Positions 41,982 through 50,416 of a stretch of 64,000 nt of DNA are shown here, one piece after another; position 1 is the stretch's first letter; each line of letters opens with the position of its first letter. This DNA comes from a virus. The notes beneath the pieces are model-generated. The model made no database searches. It had not been told where the DNA came from and saw only the letters and a program-made list of their open reading frames with translations. Made by a program: the position numbers and the translations under genes. The DNA lies in IMG/VR virus record IMGVR_UViG_3300032265_003945, positions 14,265-78,264 of that record. One strand, 5' to 3'.

Positions 41982-42683
41982 ATGAGCATATTAAAAACTT
42001 GTAATAAATGTAAGAAAGAAAAAAATTGCAATAATTTCAACTTTTCTCAATTCAAAAATAAATTCGGTAGATACAAAGAGTGCATCTCTCACTACAATAA
42101 AAAATATAGAGAAGATAATTTAGATAAAATTAAAGAATCGGACAGAAAAAGCTCTATGGCTTATTACTCTAAAAATAAAAAAGAAATTTTAGATAAATAC
42201 AATAAAAAGCACTACAACGGGACGAGACAAAGATTTGCCAGATCTAAACAATTTAGCATTAAAAATTATAATAAAGAATATCAAAAAAATAAAAGAAAAA
42301 ATAACATTCAGTTTAAATTAAAAACAAACATATCAGCAAATATTAATTTTTATTTAAAAGTTAACGGTAAAAGCAAAAATAAAAAATCAACATTAAAACA
42401 TTTACCATACAAGGTAGACGAGTTAAAGATTCATTTAGAATCTCTATTTCAGCCTTGGATGAACTGGAATAATTATGGCAAATACAATCCGAAAACTTGG
42501 GATGACGGCGACTCTGCCACTTGGACTTGGCAAATAGATCATGTCATCCCTCACTCCACTTTTAATTATTCTTCCATGGAAGATGCGGACTTTAAGAGAT
42601 GCTGGTCGTTAAGTAACCTAAGACCCTACTCATCCAGAGATAATTTTATGGACGGAGTGAGGCGGGTTAGGCATCTTAAATAA
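41982..42683 (+). CDS. HNH homing endonuclease (same family)
   Basis: KTCNKC N-terminus; ELKIHLESLFQPWMNWNNYG..WQIDHVIP..NLRPY. Confidence 0.85.
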   Translation: MSILKTCNKCKKEKNCNNFNFSQFKNKFGRYKECISHYNKKYREDNLDKIKESDRKSSMAYYSKNKKEILDKYNKKHYNGTRQRFARSKQFSIKNYNKEYQKNKRKNNIQFKLKTNISANINFYLKVNGKSKNKKSTLKHLPYKVDELKIHLESLFQPWMNWNNYGKYNPKTWDDGDSATWTWQIDHVIPHSTFNYSSMEDADFKRCWSLSNLRPYSSRDNFMDGVRRVRHLK

Positions 42684-42691
42684 CGCTGAGG

Positions 42692-43594
42692 TCAAAGTAT
42701 TTTTCGTTCTTTAAGATGCCTAAGCCTTCGTACCGCAGGGTTGAAACCACTGCTCATGCTCCAGACACCTAAGCCCTTTGGTTGAGGTCTTAGGCTATTT
42801 TTTATATATTTAAGTTTATCCCAATAATTGGTTAGCAGAGTTCCATATTGACTGTTCAACAAATCGCTGACGCCAGGCAACTGGAATGAAATCCCGTTAT
42901 CGGTGACGTTAATCTCGTTTCCTTTCTCGATTAACGCACGGCTCGCTAATGCATATAAAGTTGCCCCTTCGACCAATATTTCTCCAAATTGATCTATGAA
43001 CATATCGTCATCAAATTGAAAATAGGTAAAATAGGGAACTTGATTGAAGTCCCAGAGGGCTCCTGCTAACATGGTAACTAACTGGTCTACGGAAAAGATG
43101 TCGCAAGTAACGTAAACTGTATTTCCATATTTATCTGTGGTCTTGACTTTCCCCGAGCTATTTAATCTTCTTTTTAACAATCTAAGTAGTTTGTTAATAT
43201 TTTTAATGGCTATCTGAGAATAATCAAATTCGGGCGTATCACCCAAATGAGCATATCCATCGCTATTTATTGCAGGGACATCCGTAGCACTAACGATAAA
43301 AGAAAAATTAGTCTCTACTCTAAAGCCATTAACAAAACCCACCCAAATATCGGAATAAACACCCAAGGGTCCATTGTAACCTACCGTATAAACAAAAGAA
43401 TACTTTCCCGTGTCCACTTTAGCCACACCAGCAGAAGTGGGTCCAAAAGACACTAATCCTGTCGGATCTACTACCGTGATAGTGGGAAAAATATCCGTAT
43501 CAATAGGGTTTCCTTGTGCGTCCTTAAATTGGACGGTTAAGTTAACTTGATCGTTTAAGTCAAGCATTTCCCCACGGGCTTTGATAGTTGCCAT
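42692..43594 (-). CDS. Head-tail adaptor/neck protein with N-terminal Ig-like (BppU-like) domain
   Basis: Start MATIK with AAGAGGA SD; 'VQFKDAQGNPID..GKYSFVYTV..GVYSDIW' Ig-like domain, then a helical connector-like domain (ALWDFNQVP; VTDNGISF). Confidence 0.6.
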   Translation of the reverse strand: MATIKARGEMLDLNDQVNLTVQFKDAQGNPIDTDIFPTITVVDPTGLVSFGPTSAGVAKVDTGKYSFVYTVGYNGPLGVYSDIWVGFVNGFRVETNFSFIVSATDVPAINSDGYAHLGDTPEFDYSQIAIKNINKLLRLLKRRLNSSGKVKTTDKYGNTVYVTCDIFSVDQLVTMLAGALWDFNQVPYFTYFQFDDDMFIDQFGEILVEGATLYALASRALIEKGNEINVTDNGISFQLPGVSDLLNSQYGTLLTNYWDKLKYIKNSLRPQPKGLGVWSMSSGFNPAVRRLRHLKERKIL

Positions 43595-43628
43595 GGATAA
43601 ATTCCTCTTTATTGATATATGTTTTTTT

Positions 43629-44435
43629 ATGCCTGCAAAAATAAGTGAAGATGTTTCTAAACAAATATGCAATTTATATTTATCCGGAGAAAAGGGAACT
43701 AATCTTAAAAAAATATTTAATTTAAATATTAAAACTATTTACAGTATTTTGTTTAGGAACGGAATTCAAATTAGGTCGCCGGAAGATTCTAAAAGAAAAT
43801 TTAATTTTGATCAAAATTATTTTGATCAAATTGATTGTCCCAGAAAAGCTTATTGGCTTGGCTTCATAGCCGGTGACGGCGGGATCGTAAGAAATTGTTT
43901 AAGATTTAACCTATCTAAACAAGATATTAATATTTTAAAACAGTTTAAAAAAGATTTAAAATCAGATCATAAAATAGAGCAATATTGCAATAATATTGTT
44001 AGTTTCACTTTAACTTCTAAAAAATTAAAAGAATCCTTAGCGCAATGGGAAATTTATCCCTCTAAATCTAAAATATTATCTCTTTGTTCAAAAATTCCAG
44101 ATCAATTTATTAATTATTATTTATTAGGGATTTTTGATGCAGATGGTTGCTTTAGCGTAGATAAGCGGCGAGGAATTAGATATTGCATGATCGGCTCCAC
44201 TATATCTATGTTGCAAATTCAAGAAATTTTAATTAAAAAATGTGGAGTAAATAGAGTAAAGCTTCACTCGCACCCAAGCGAAGGAATATCTCAACTTCAT
44301 TATTCTGGAAATCGTCAAGTTAAAAAAATTGTAGATTTTTTATATAAAAATCTAGATGTTTGCTTAGATAGAAAATTTAAAATCGCTTCTGATTTTTATT
44401 CTTTAGATCCCTTAAAAAATTACACTGCGCTATAA
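43629..44435 (+). CDS. LAGLIDADG homing endonuclease with N-terminal HTH
   Basis: KAYWLGFIAGDGGI and YLLGIFDADGCF motifs. Confidence 0.9.
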   Translation: MPAKISEDVSKQICNLYLSGEKGTNLKKIFNLNIKTIYSILFRNGIQIRSPEDSKRKFNFDQNYFDQIDCPRKAYWLGFIAGDGGIVRNCLRFNLSKQDINILKQFKKDLKSDHKIEQYCNNIVSFTLTSKKLKESLAQWEIYPSKSKILSLCSKIPDQFINYYLLGIFDADGCFSVDKRRGIRYCMIGSTISMLQIQEILIKKCGVNRVKLHSHPSEGISQLHYSGNRQVKKIVDFLYKNLDVCLDRKFKIASDFYSLDPLKNYTAL

Positions 44436-44758
44436 ATTCCATACGGAGCACTTACCACTAATTGATAAATAATTTCTTGCACGGCAAGAGTAAAAGGATC
44501 GATATAGGTGACGTCAACTAAGTACGAACCTACTGCAGAAGCTCCGGTGGGAATAGTAAAGTAGGAAACATACAGTCCTGTAGCTACTTGAACCATCGGG
44601 CCAGTGTAACCATCTATTAACTCTAAGGCAGGATTCCAGATATTAGCTACTCTCGGAAGCTCCGAACAATCCATGCGATAACCGTCTGGACCAGTCGTCT
44701 CTAATACGATAGAGGCTTTTTGTCCCGGAGTGTATTGTAAAATGTTCATGTCTACCAA
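44420..44758 (-). CDS. Small Ig-like virion protein
   Basis: 'TGLYVSYFTIPTGASAVGSYLVDV' resembles the Ig-like domain of 42692-43594; contains two DGY motifs. Confidence 0.55.
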   Translation of the reverse strand: MVDMNILQYTPGQKASIVLETTGPDGYRMDCSELPRVANIWNPALELIDGYTGPMVQVATGLYVSYFTIPTGASAVGSYLVDVTYIDPFTLAVQEIIYQLVVSAPYGIYSAV

Positions 44759-45063
44759 GCCTCGATACGAACAGAAATGCTAGGTCCGCCAGACTTGACT
44801 CTTAACCAAATCATGGATACAGTTCTGTTATCAAAAATTATTCCTTTGGTAAGATCAGCAGAGTTTAACTCTGTATGAACCGTGTTGCCATTAAAAGAAA
44901 CCTCAACTACTCCCGATCCTTCATTTAAAAATAAAATACCGTTGGTAGAGAAAGTAATGATGGCGCTGGGATAATCTGAAAAAGTTGCGCTACTAACGTC
45001 AATTCTTTGAAAGAAATTAAAATCTTTTCCCTGAGTTTTTTTACCAATTTCATAGAAAGCCAT
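44752..45063 (-). CDS. Small beta-rich putative virion protein
   Basis: 103 aa, AGGTGA SD; 'VEVSFNG...IWLR..VRIEAW'. Confidence 0.5.
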   Translation of the reverse strand: MAFYEIGKKTQGKDFNFFQRIDVSSATFSDYPSAIITFSTNGILFLNEGSGVVEVSFNGNTVHTELNSADLTKGIIFDNRTVSMIWLRVKSGGPSISVRIEAW

Positions 45064-45118
45064 GGTTCACCTATTTTAATGCAATTTTATTCCTCTAAAG
45101 GTAGGATATATAGATATT

Positions 45119-46180
45119 ATGAGTAAATACGCCGAAGTTGTTTCCATTAATGGTCAAAAAATTGACAAAAAGTATGTAGCTTCCTTAGATAAGCAAGGTC
45201 GAGAGAATTTGGTTGAGCCCCTGTTTAATCATTTTAGGAATCAGGGATGGTTGTATCCAGATGAAGAAGGTAAAATTAAAAGTGAATATCAGAAATTAGT
45301 AGATCATGTCCCTGATCTTTCTTCTGACGTTTTATTTAATAATTCCTCTCTTGCCACTAATATTTGTAAATTTTTCTGTCATAAATTTTATCATGCTACG
45401 GAAAAAGGCAAGAGAAACATGATTGAGGTTTTTAATGACGATCAATCATTAAAAAAATTAATTAGAAATAGATTGGGTATGGATTGGTACGATCCCGCTA
45501 ATAACCCTCAGGGAGTAGAGGAAACTTTTCATATCTCATTTCGAATGATGGTTCAAGGGCTCAGAAGCAGTAGACTAGTTCCTTCTATTTCTGTTTTTAA
45601 GCCCGATGTTGCTAAATACATGTACACTAAATATTCTCAACCAGAAGACACTGTATTTGATTACAGCGCTGGGTGGGGCGCTCGAATGCTGGGAGCCGCT
45701 TCTTGCAATCGAAAGTATATAGGAGTGGATCCCTGGACCATCGATGAGCTAGAGACAATGAAAAATTATCTAGATCTAAAAGAGGTAACTCTTATTCAAG
45801 ATGGATCGGAGAATGTTAGCTTAGGAGAAAATACGATTGATTTTTCTTTTTCTAGCCCTCCCTATGTTACTGATAAATCTTTTATTAAAGAGTTTTATTG
45901 TCAAGACGATAATCAAGCTTATAGTCAAGGCATCGATTCTTTTTATAACAATTATTGGAAGAATACTTTGCTCAATGTAAAAGCTATGCTCAAGCCCGGA
46001 AAATGGTTTGGCTTAAATGTTACTAGAGACTGCAGTAAAATGGTAGAGATGGCGAAAGCTGTTTTTGGAGAGCCAGTAGAAGAAGTTAGTTTAAGACTTG
46101 TTAAGTCGCATCTTAACAAGAAAGGCAAAGAAGATGCCACTAAGTATGAGCCTATTTTTATGTTTAAAAATATTAAATAA
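45119..46180 (+). CDS. Amino-type (N4-C/N6-A) DNA methyltransferase
   Basis: Motif I FDYSAGWGARMLGA, YIGVDP and motif IV FSSPPY. Confidence 0.85.
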   Translation: MSKYAEVVSINGQKIDKKYVASLDKQGRENLVEPLFNHFRNQGWLYPDEEGKIKSEYQKLVDHVPDLSSDVLFNNSSLATNICKFFCHKFYHATEKGKRNMIEVFNDDQSLKKLIRNRLGMDWYDPANNPQGVEETFHISFRMMVQGLRSSRLVPSISVFKPDVAKYMYTKYSQPEDTVFDYSAGWGARMLGAASCNRKYIGVDPWTIDELETMKNYLDLKEVTLIQDGSENVSLGENTIDFSFSSPPYVTDKSFIKEFYCQDDNQAYSQGIDSFYNNYWKNTLLNVKAMLKPGKWFGLNVTRDCSKMVEMAKAVFGEPVEEVSLRLVKSHLNKKGKEDATKYEPIFMFKNIK

Positions 46181-46182
46181 TT

Positions 46183-46941
46183 ATGTTTATTAACTCTTAT
46201 TCCTGGAAGTGTTTGTTAGGTGCTCAAGCCAAAGAAATTAAAGAATATGACGGAATCTACGCCTGGAAAGTGGGAAAGAGAAATCATTTGGTTGCTGATA
46301 GAAAATTAACCGAAGCAGATCTTGCCACTCTAAAAGAACACACTCCATGTAATTTTAATTACATGAGCAAAGATAACGTTGCTTTCTTAAAAAAATATTG
46401 CAAAATCACTACCTCTGCAGATCGATCAGTGGTTGTAGATTTAGAGAATTTTTCTTTAGACGGCGGAGAATTTAAAAAAACCAGACAATCATTTAATAAA
46501 TGTAAGAAAAATAATCTTACCGTAGAAAGTAATTTTAGAAAACTAAAAGATGTCGAAGATATGGTTGAGGAATGGTCCAATGACTATACCGACAAATATT
46601 TTAGAGATTTCTCAGGTAAAAATTATTATTTCTATAAAAATAATTTTCATCAAGATTGTATTAATGTCTTTATTTATCACCAAGATGCCCTAGTAGCTTT
46701 TAGCACTCTGTCCCCTAATCAAAATGGGAACTCTGTGTATATTATTGGTAAAGCCTTGTATAAAAGATTTGCGGGAATATCAGAGTATGCTGATATCGTT
46801 GCTTATCAACAAGCAATTGCTTCTGGAGTAAAAAAAATAGATATGGGACAAGCTCCCAAGAATCTTCTTAAATATAAAATGAAATATCCTGGAGCCTCAA
46901 TAGAAGTAAGTTATGATGGAAAAATTTTAGAAGTTATTTAG
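46183..46941 (+). CDS. DUF2156/MprF-C-like (FemABX/GNAT fold) aminoacyl-transferase-like protein
   Basis: 'VVDLENFSLDGGEFKKTRQSFNK', 'LVAFS', 'GKA...GISEY', 'IDMGQ..NLLKYKMKY' pattern. Confidence 0.6.
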   Translation: MFINSYSWKCLLGAQAKEIKEYDGIYAWKVGKRNHLVADRKLTEADLATLKEHTPCNFNYMSKDNVAFLKKYCKITTSADRSVVVDLENFSLDGGEFKKTRQSFNKCKKNNLTVESNFRKLKDVEDMVEEWSNDYTDKYFRDFSGKNYYFYKNNFHQDCINVFIYHQDALVAFSTLSPNQNGNSVYIIGKALYKRFAGISEYADIVAYQQAIASGVKKIDMGQAPKNLLKYKMKYPGASIEVSYDGKILEVI

Positions 46942-47394
46942 TTATTTACCGTAATGCTCTTCAGCGTGGCAATTAGGGCATAATAATTCTAAGTTATCTA
47001 AATCGTCAGATCCTCCATCTTTGCGCCTTATCTTATGATGGATATTTAATATTTTTTGATTAGAGTAAGAGCATCTTTCGCAGAATTCTCCACGAAGAGC
47101 CACTAATCTAGATTTTAAAAATCTTTGAGTGGTAACTTTATCTTTTCTAGGACCAGTTTTATATTTGCTGCCTATTTTTAATTTGTTAGCGCAAGCTTTG
47201 CTGCAATGTTTTTTATTTAACCCGCTTTTGAATTTAGAATTGCACACGGGGCAAGATTTCCAAATAATAGAAGCTTGAACATAGCATTGTTGAGAGCAGT
47301 AAACTTTACCCTTTTTAAGTTGAAAAGGTCGTCGATAAATTGCCTTGCTGCATATTATGCAATTACAATTTGTTTTTCTGCTATATTTTTTCAT
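46942..47394 (-). CDS. HNH endonuclease with zinc-ribbon repeats
   Basis: CIIC..YCSQQC, CPVC..HCSKAC; CERC..NIHHK..DNLELLCPNCHAEEH. The true start is ATG 47394, as the annotated extension lies inside the tRNA. Confidence 0.85.
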   Translation of the reverse strand: MKKYSRKTNCNCIICSKAIYRRPFQLKKGKVYCSQQCYVQASIIWKSCPVCNSKFKSGLNKKHCSKACANKLKIGSKYKTGPRKDKVTTQRFLKSRLVALRGEFCERCSYSNQKILNIHHKIRRKDGGSDDLDNLELLCPNCHAEEHYGK

Positions 47395-47402
47395 GAATAA
47401 AT

Positions 47403-47492
47403 TGGCGGAATTGGGCGGATTCGAACCGCCGGTACGGTTTCCCGTACACTGCATTTCCAATGCAGCTCCTTAAGCCACTCGGACACAATTCC
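47403..47492 (-). tRNA. trnS: tRNA-Ser(GGA)
   Basis: GGAATTG acceptor stem, anticodon arm CTGCA-TTGGAAA-TGCAG, long variable arm GTACGG-GAAA-CCGTAC, GGTTCGAATCC, encoded CCA. Confidence 0.95.
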
Positions 47493-47517
47493 AAACAATA
47501 ATATAACATATCATTAG

Positions 47518-47703
47518 ATGTTTGATGATATTTTTTTAAAAAATCTTTCTTCAGAAGAAGCGGAGCAATTCATGGAAGATTTATGGGAGTGCGGAATTCC
47601 TCCTGTTTCTTTTGAGGAGTGGAAAGCTTTCTATCATAAATGGAAAGATAGGGTAGAGCTTCCTGATCTTAATTTAGAAAATTACAATTTATTTAAAAAA
47701 TAA
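47518..47703 (+). CDS. Small hypothetical protein
   Basis: 61-aa ORF filling the gap after the tRNA with protein-like composition. Confidence 0.5.
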   Translation: MFDDIFLKNLSSEEAEQFMEDLWECGIPPVSFEEWKAFYHKWKDRVELPDLNLENYNLFKK

Positions 47704-47769
47704 CCGGCTTGATATATTGAGTCCTGGACTTAAACTATCTTAGTCCAACTTAAAACAAAAGGAAATTTT

Positions 47770-48069
47770 ATGCGTAAAGTATTTTTTGTAACGATCGCCA
47801 CAGCCTCGCTACTCTCAGTTGCCTGCGGAGATTCAACAGATTCAAAATCAACAACAACTTCATCTAGCGCTACCTCTTCATCGGTGGCTTCTAGCTCCGG
47901 TGCTGGCGGCGCCGCATCAACCAGCTCATCGGATGCCTCTGCTTCGAGCGCTACGGGTACAGGCGGAGCTTCGAGCGTTGCTACAGGTGCCGGAGGCGCA
48001 GGAGGCGCCGGATCGGGCGGAGGAGCATCTTCTTCATCGGTTGCCGTTTCGTCATCATCTGGTATGTGA
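47770..48069 (+). CDS. Ser/Gly/Ala-rich lipoprotein
   Basis: Signal MRKVFFVTIATASLLSVA-C (lipobox) then a low-complexity SSSGAGG tail; AAGGA SD; GC-rich; own terminator. Confidence 0.8.
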   Translation: MRKVFFVTIATASLLSVACGDSTDSKSTTTSSSATSSSVASSSGAGGAASTSSSDASASSATGTGGASSVATGAGGAGGAGSGGGASSSSVAVSSSSGM

Positions 48070-48093
48070 CAATTAACTAAAATATTGTTGTAT

Positions 48094-48127
48094 AAAAACC
48101 CTCCGAGATATTTTCCGGAGGGTTTTT
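48094..48127 (+). terminator. Intrinsic (bidirectional) terminator
   Basis: aaaaaccctccg-agatattttc-cggagggttttt. Confidence 0.8.
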
Positions 48128-48162
48128 TATATTATAATTTAAAATTAATAATTTGATATGTA

Positions 48163-48345
48163 ATGATGGCTCCCATCAAAAAGCTAATCGAAGGAATTGA
48201 TTTCGTTTGCGTGGATGGGAAATTGATATGGACCGAAAAATTCTTGCTGGAGAGAGGGTTTTGCTGTAATGGAAGATGCCCTAATTGTCCGTATAAAATA
48301 AAAAATAATCTATCAATAAAAAAAAATCATAATTATGAAAAATAA
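48163..48345 (+). CDS. Small Cys-rich protein (DUF5522-like)
   Basis: WTEKFLLERGFCCNGRCPNCPY motif. Confidence 0.7.
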   Translation: MMAPIKKLIEGIDFVCVDGKLIWTEKFLLERGFCCNGRCPNCPYKIKNNLSIKKNHNYEK

Positions 48346-49783
48346 TATTTGTTACTTAACAGATTTTTTTTATAAGAAAGCCTCCGAAAAAATTGACACA
48401 GATTTATCTTTTGAAGCGGAGGAAATCTATCCACTCTTAAATAAGATGGGGTGTAAATCTATTTCAGATGCAGAAAAATATTTAAAAAATAAAATTATTC
48501 CCCTAATCAAAGAAATAGATTATATCTATCTTTTACCTAAAAAAAATCCATCCGGAGCATTAATTGGATCAATGGGTAGCTTACACTTGCTCACAGATGC
48601 AAGAGTTTCAGATTCTTCTCGGGAAGATTTAATTGGCTCTGGTGATGGAGTAAAGAATTTAATTCTTTATAGTTTTAACAAAGATATTTCGGAAAAAGAA
48701 ATTGAGGATTACTTTAAAACGGTTCCAATAAACGAATCTCCAACAGTGGCGCATTACTATTGGGTCGGGGAAGCATTGTCTCTTCTGTTAAATTTAAATC
48801 TAAAAGATGAAAATTTTGGAAATTGCTTTGAACAATTTGTTATTAAAAATAAATCTAAATTAGATGAATTGAATCAATTTAAAACTATTTCAGAGCCTAA
48901 TTTTTTGGGACAAGGGGCTCAAGGAGTTGTTTTTTTATTAGACCCTGGTAAAAAAGGAGAGTCGACAGCTAAAGTAGTTAAAATTTACACAAATAATGAT
49001 TTGCACGAGTCAAATAAAAAAAGCTTTAATGATTTGTATCAAAATCCCAGTTTGTCCGGTACAGAGATGAGGTTTTATGACCTTGGTAAGTTGGGTGATT
49101 TTTATTTTGATAACTATTCATTGCCCATTTATTATACAGTAATGGATTTAGTTGAGCCGGTTTTTGATAAAGCTGAAGATTATTCAGAAAAATCTGATAT
49201 TGAAAGAAAAATAAATAAGGTAACTGACTGTATTCATTCTGCCATGTTGGATTGTACAGGAGAATCTCGAAAACAATTAATTAAATTAACAAAATTAACA
49301 GAAGCAGAAAAAAACTCCTTGTTTAAAAAAATTAATAATTTAGTCTCTGAATATTTAAACTCTTCAATAAAAAATTATATAAAAGATTCTTTTAAATTAA
49401 GAGATAATTGGTTAGAGAAATTTACAGAAGAGTACGTCTTTAAGTGGATGACTGGTCGACGAGATTTAGCTTGTAGAAATCTAGGAGTTAATTCTAATGG
49501 CTATTTAGTATATTATGATCCCTACTACCCATCGTATGATGTTGGGGGTATAAGAAATAAAGATTCGACTTTAAATATAAATAATATTAATAAGTTAGCT
49601 AATCGTTTTTATAGATTAGCATCTGAAAATAAATTTGCTTGGGTAGAGGATGCTGAAGTTCCTCCTGAGCCTGGATCTACCCCTATTCCTGGCGGGCATG
49701 TAAGGTTTTACCACTATACAGGGGTAAATGAACCAAGCGCTTTAGGAGGACATCAGGCGGCAGAGTCTAAATATATTTTATAG
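48335..49783 (+). CDS. Protein kinase-like protein; 5' part of an IS607-interrupted kinase-ART gene
   Basis: LGQGAQGVVF (Gly loop), KVVKIY, RDLACRN (catalytic loop), YYDP; ends with the start of an ART-like domain (RFYHYTG). Confidence 0.75.
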   Translation: MKNNICYLTDFFYKKASEKIDTDLSFEAEEIYPLLNKMGCKSISDAEKYLKNKIIPLIKEIDYIYLLPKKNPSGALIGSMGSLHLLTDARVSDSSREDLIGSGDGVKNLILYSFNKDISEKEIEDYFKTVPINESPTVAHYYWVGEALSLLLNLNLKDENFGNCFEQFVIKNKSKLDELNQFKTISEPNFLGQGAQGVVFLLDPGKKGESTAKVVKIYTNNDLHESNKKSFNDLYQNPSLSGTEMRFYDLGKLGDFYFDNYSLPIYYTVMDLVEPVFDKAEDYSEKSDIERKINKVTDCIHSAMLDCTGESRKQLIKLTKLTEAEKNSLFKKINNLVSEYLNSSIKNYIKDSFKLRDNWLEKFTEEYVFKWMTGRRDLACRNLGVNSNGYLVYYDPYYPSYDVGGIRNKDSTLNINNINKLANRFYRLASENKFAWVEDAEVPPEPGSTPIPGGHVRFYHYTGVNEPSALGGHQAAESKYIL

Positions 49784-49834
49784 AAAATATATAATTTTAT
49801 ATTAAAATCTAGTAATATAGTTATATATAAATGT

Positions 49835-50416
49835 ATGAAATTATCTCAATGGGCAAAGAAAAGCGGATTAAGCTATCAAACAGCTTTTAATCTTTTTAAG
49901 AAAGGACAGCTTCCGGGTAAAGTTACTCAGTTGGCTTCCGGTACTATTCTAATCGAAGATAGCCCCATTGCAAATCGACAAGATGACTTAAAAACATATA
50001 TTTATTGCAGAGTCTCCTCTGCCAATAAGAAAGAAGATCTAAATCGTCAAGTAGATAGGTGCTTACAATTCTGTAATGCTAATGGCTGGGAAGTAGTAAA
50101 GGTTTATAAAGAAATTGCTTCTGGTATGAACGATAACAGAAAGCAATTAAACTTGCTTCTAGATGCAACTCCTAAAAGAATTGTGGTAGAACATAAGGAT
50201 AGATTAACTAGATTTGGTTTTAATTATTTATCTAGATTGCTTAATATTTTAAATTATCAGCTGGTCGTAATCAACAGAGATCAAGAAGATGAAGCGGATC
50301 TTATTAAAGACCTTGTTGCAATTATAACTTCTTTCTGCTGTAGATTGTATGGACTAAGAAGAGGCAGTAAGAAAGTTAAAGCAATCAAAGCAACATTAGA
50401 GGAGAATAATGATTAG
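49835..50416 (+). CDS. tnpA: IS607 serine recombinase TnpA
   Basis: N-terminal HTH MKLSQWAK, YCRVSS..DLNRQ, EIASGMN, EHKDRLTRFGF, SFCCRLYG. Confidence 0.95.
   Translation: MKLSQWAKKSGLSYQTAFNLFKKGQLPGKVTQLASGTILIEDSPIANRQDDLKTYIYCRVSSANKKEDLNRQVDRCLQFCNANGWEVVKVYKEIASGMNDNRKQLNLLLDATPKRIVVEHKDRLTRFGFNYLSRLLNILNYQLVVINRDQEDEADLIKDLVAIITSFCCRLYGLRRGSKKVKAIKATLEENND

Noticed and set aside
47395-47460. N-terminal extension of the HNH ORF
   Set aside because: It lies inside the tRNA-Ser gene.
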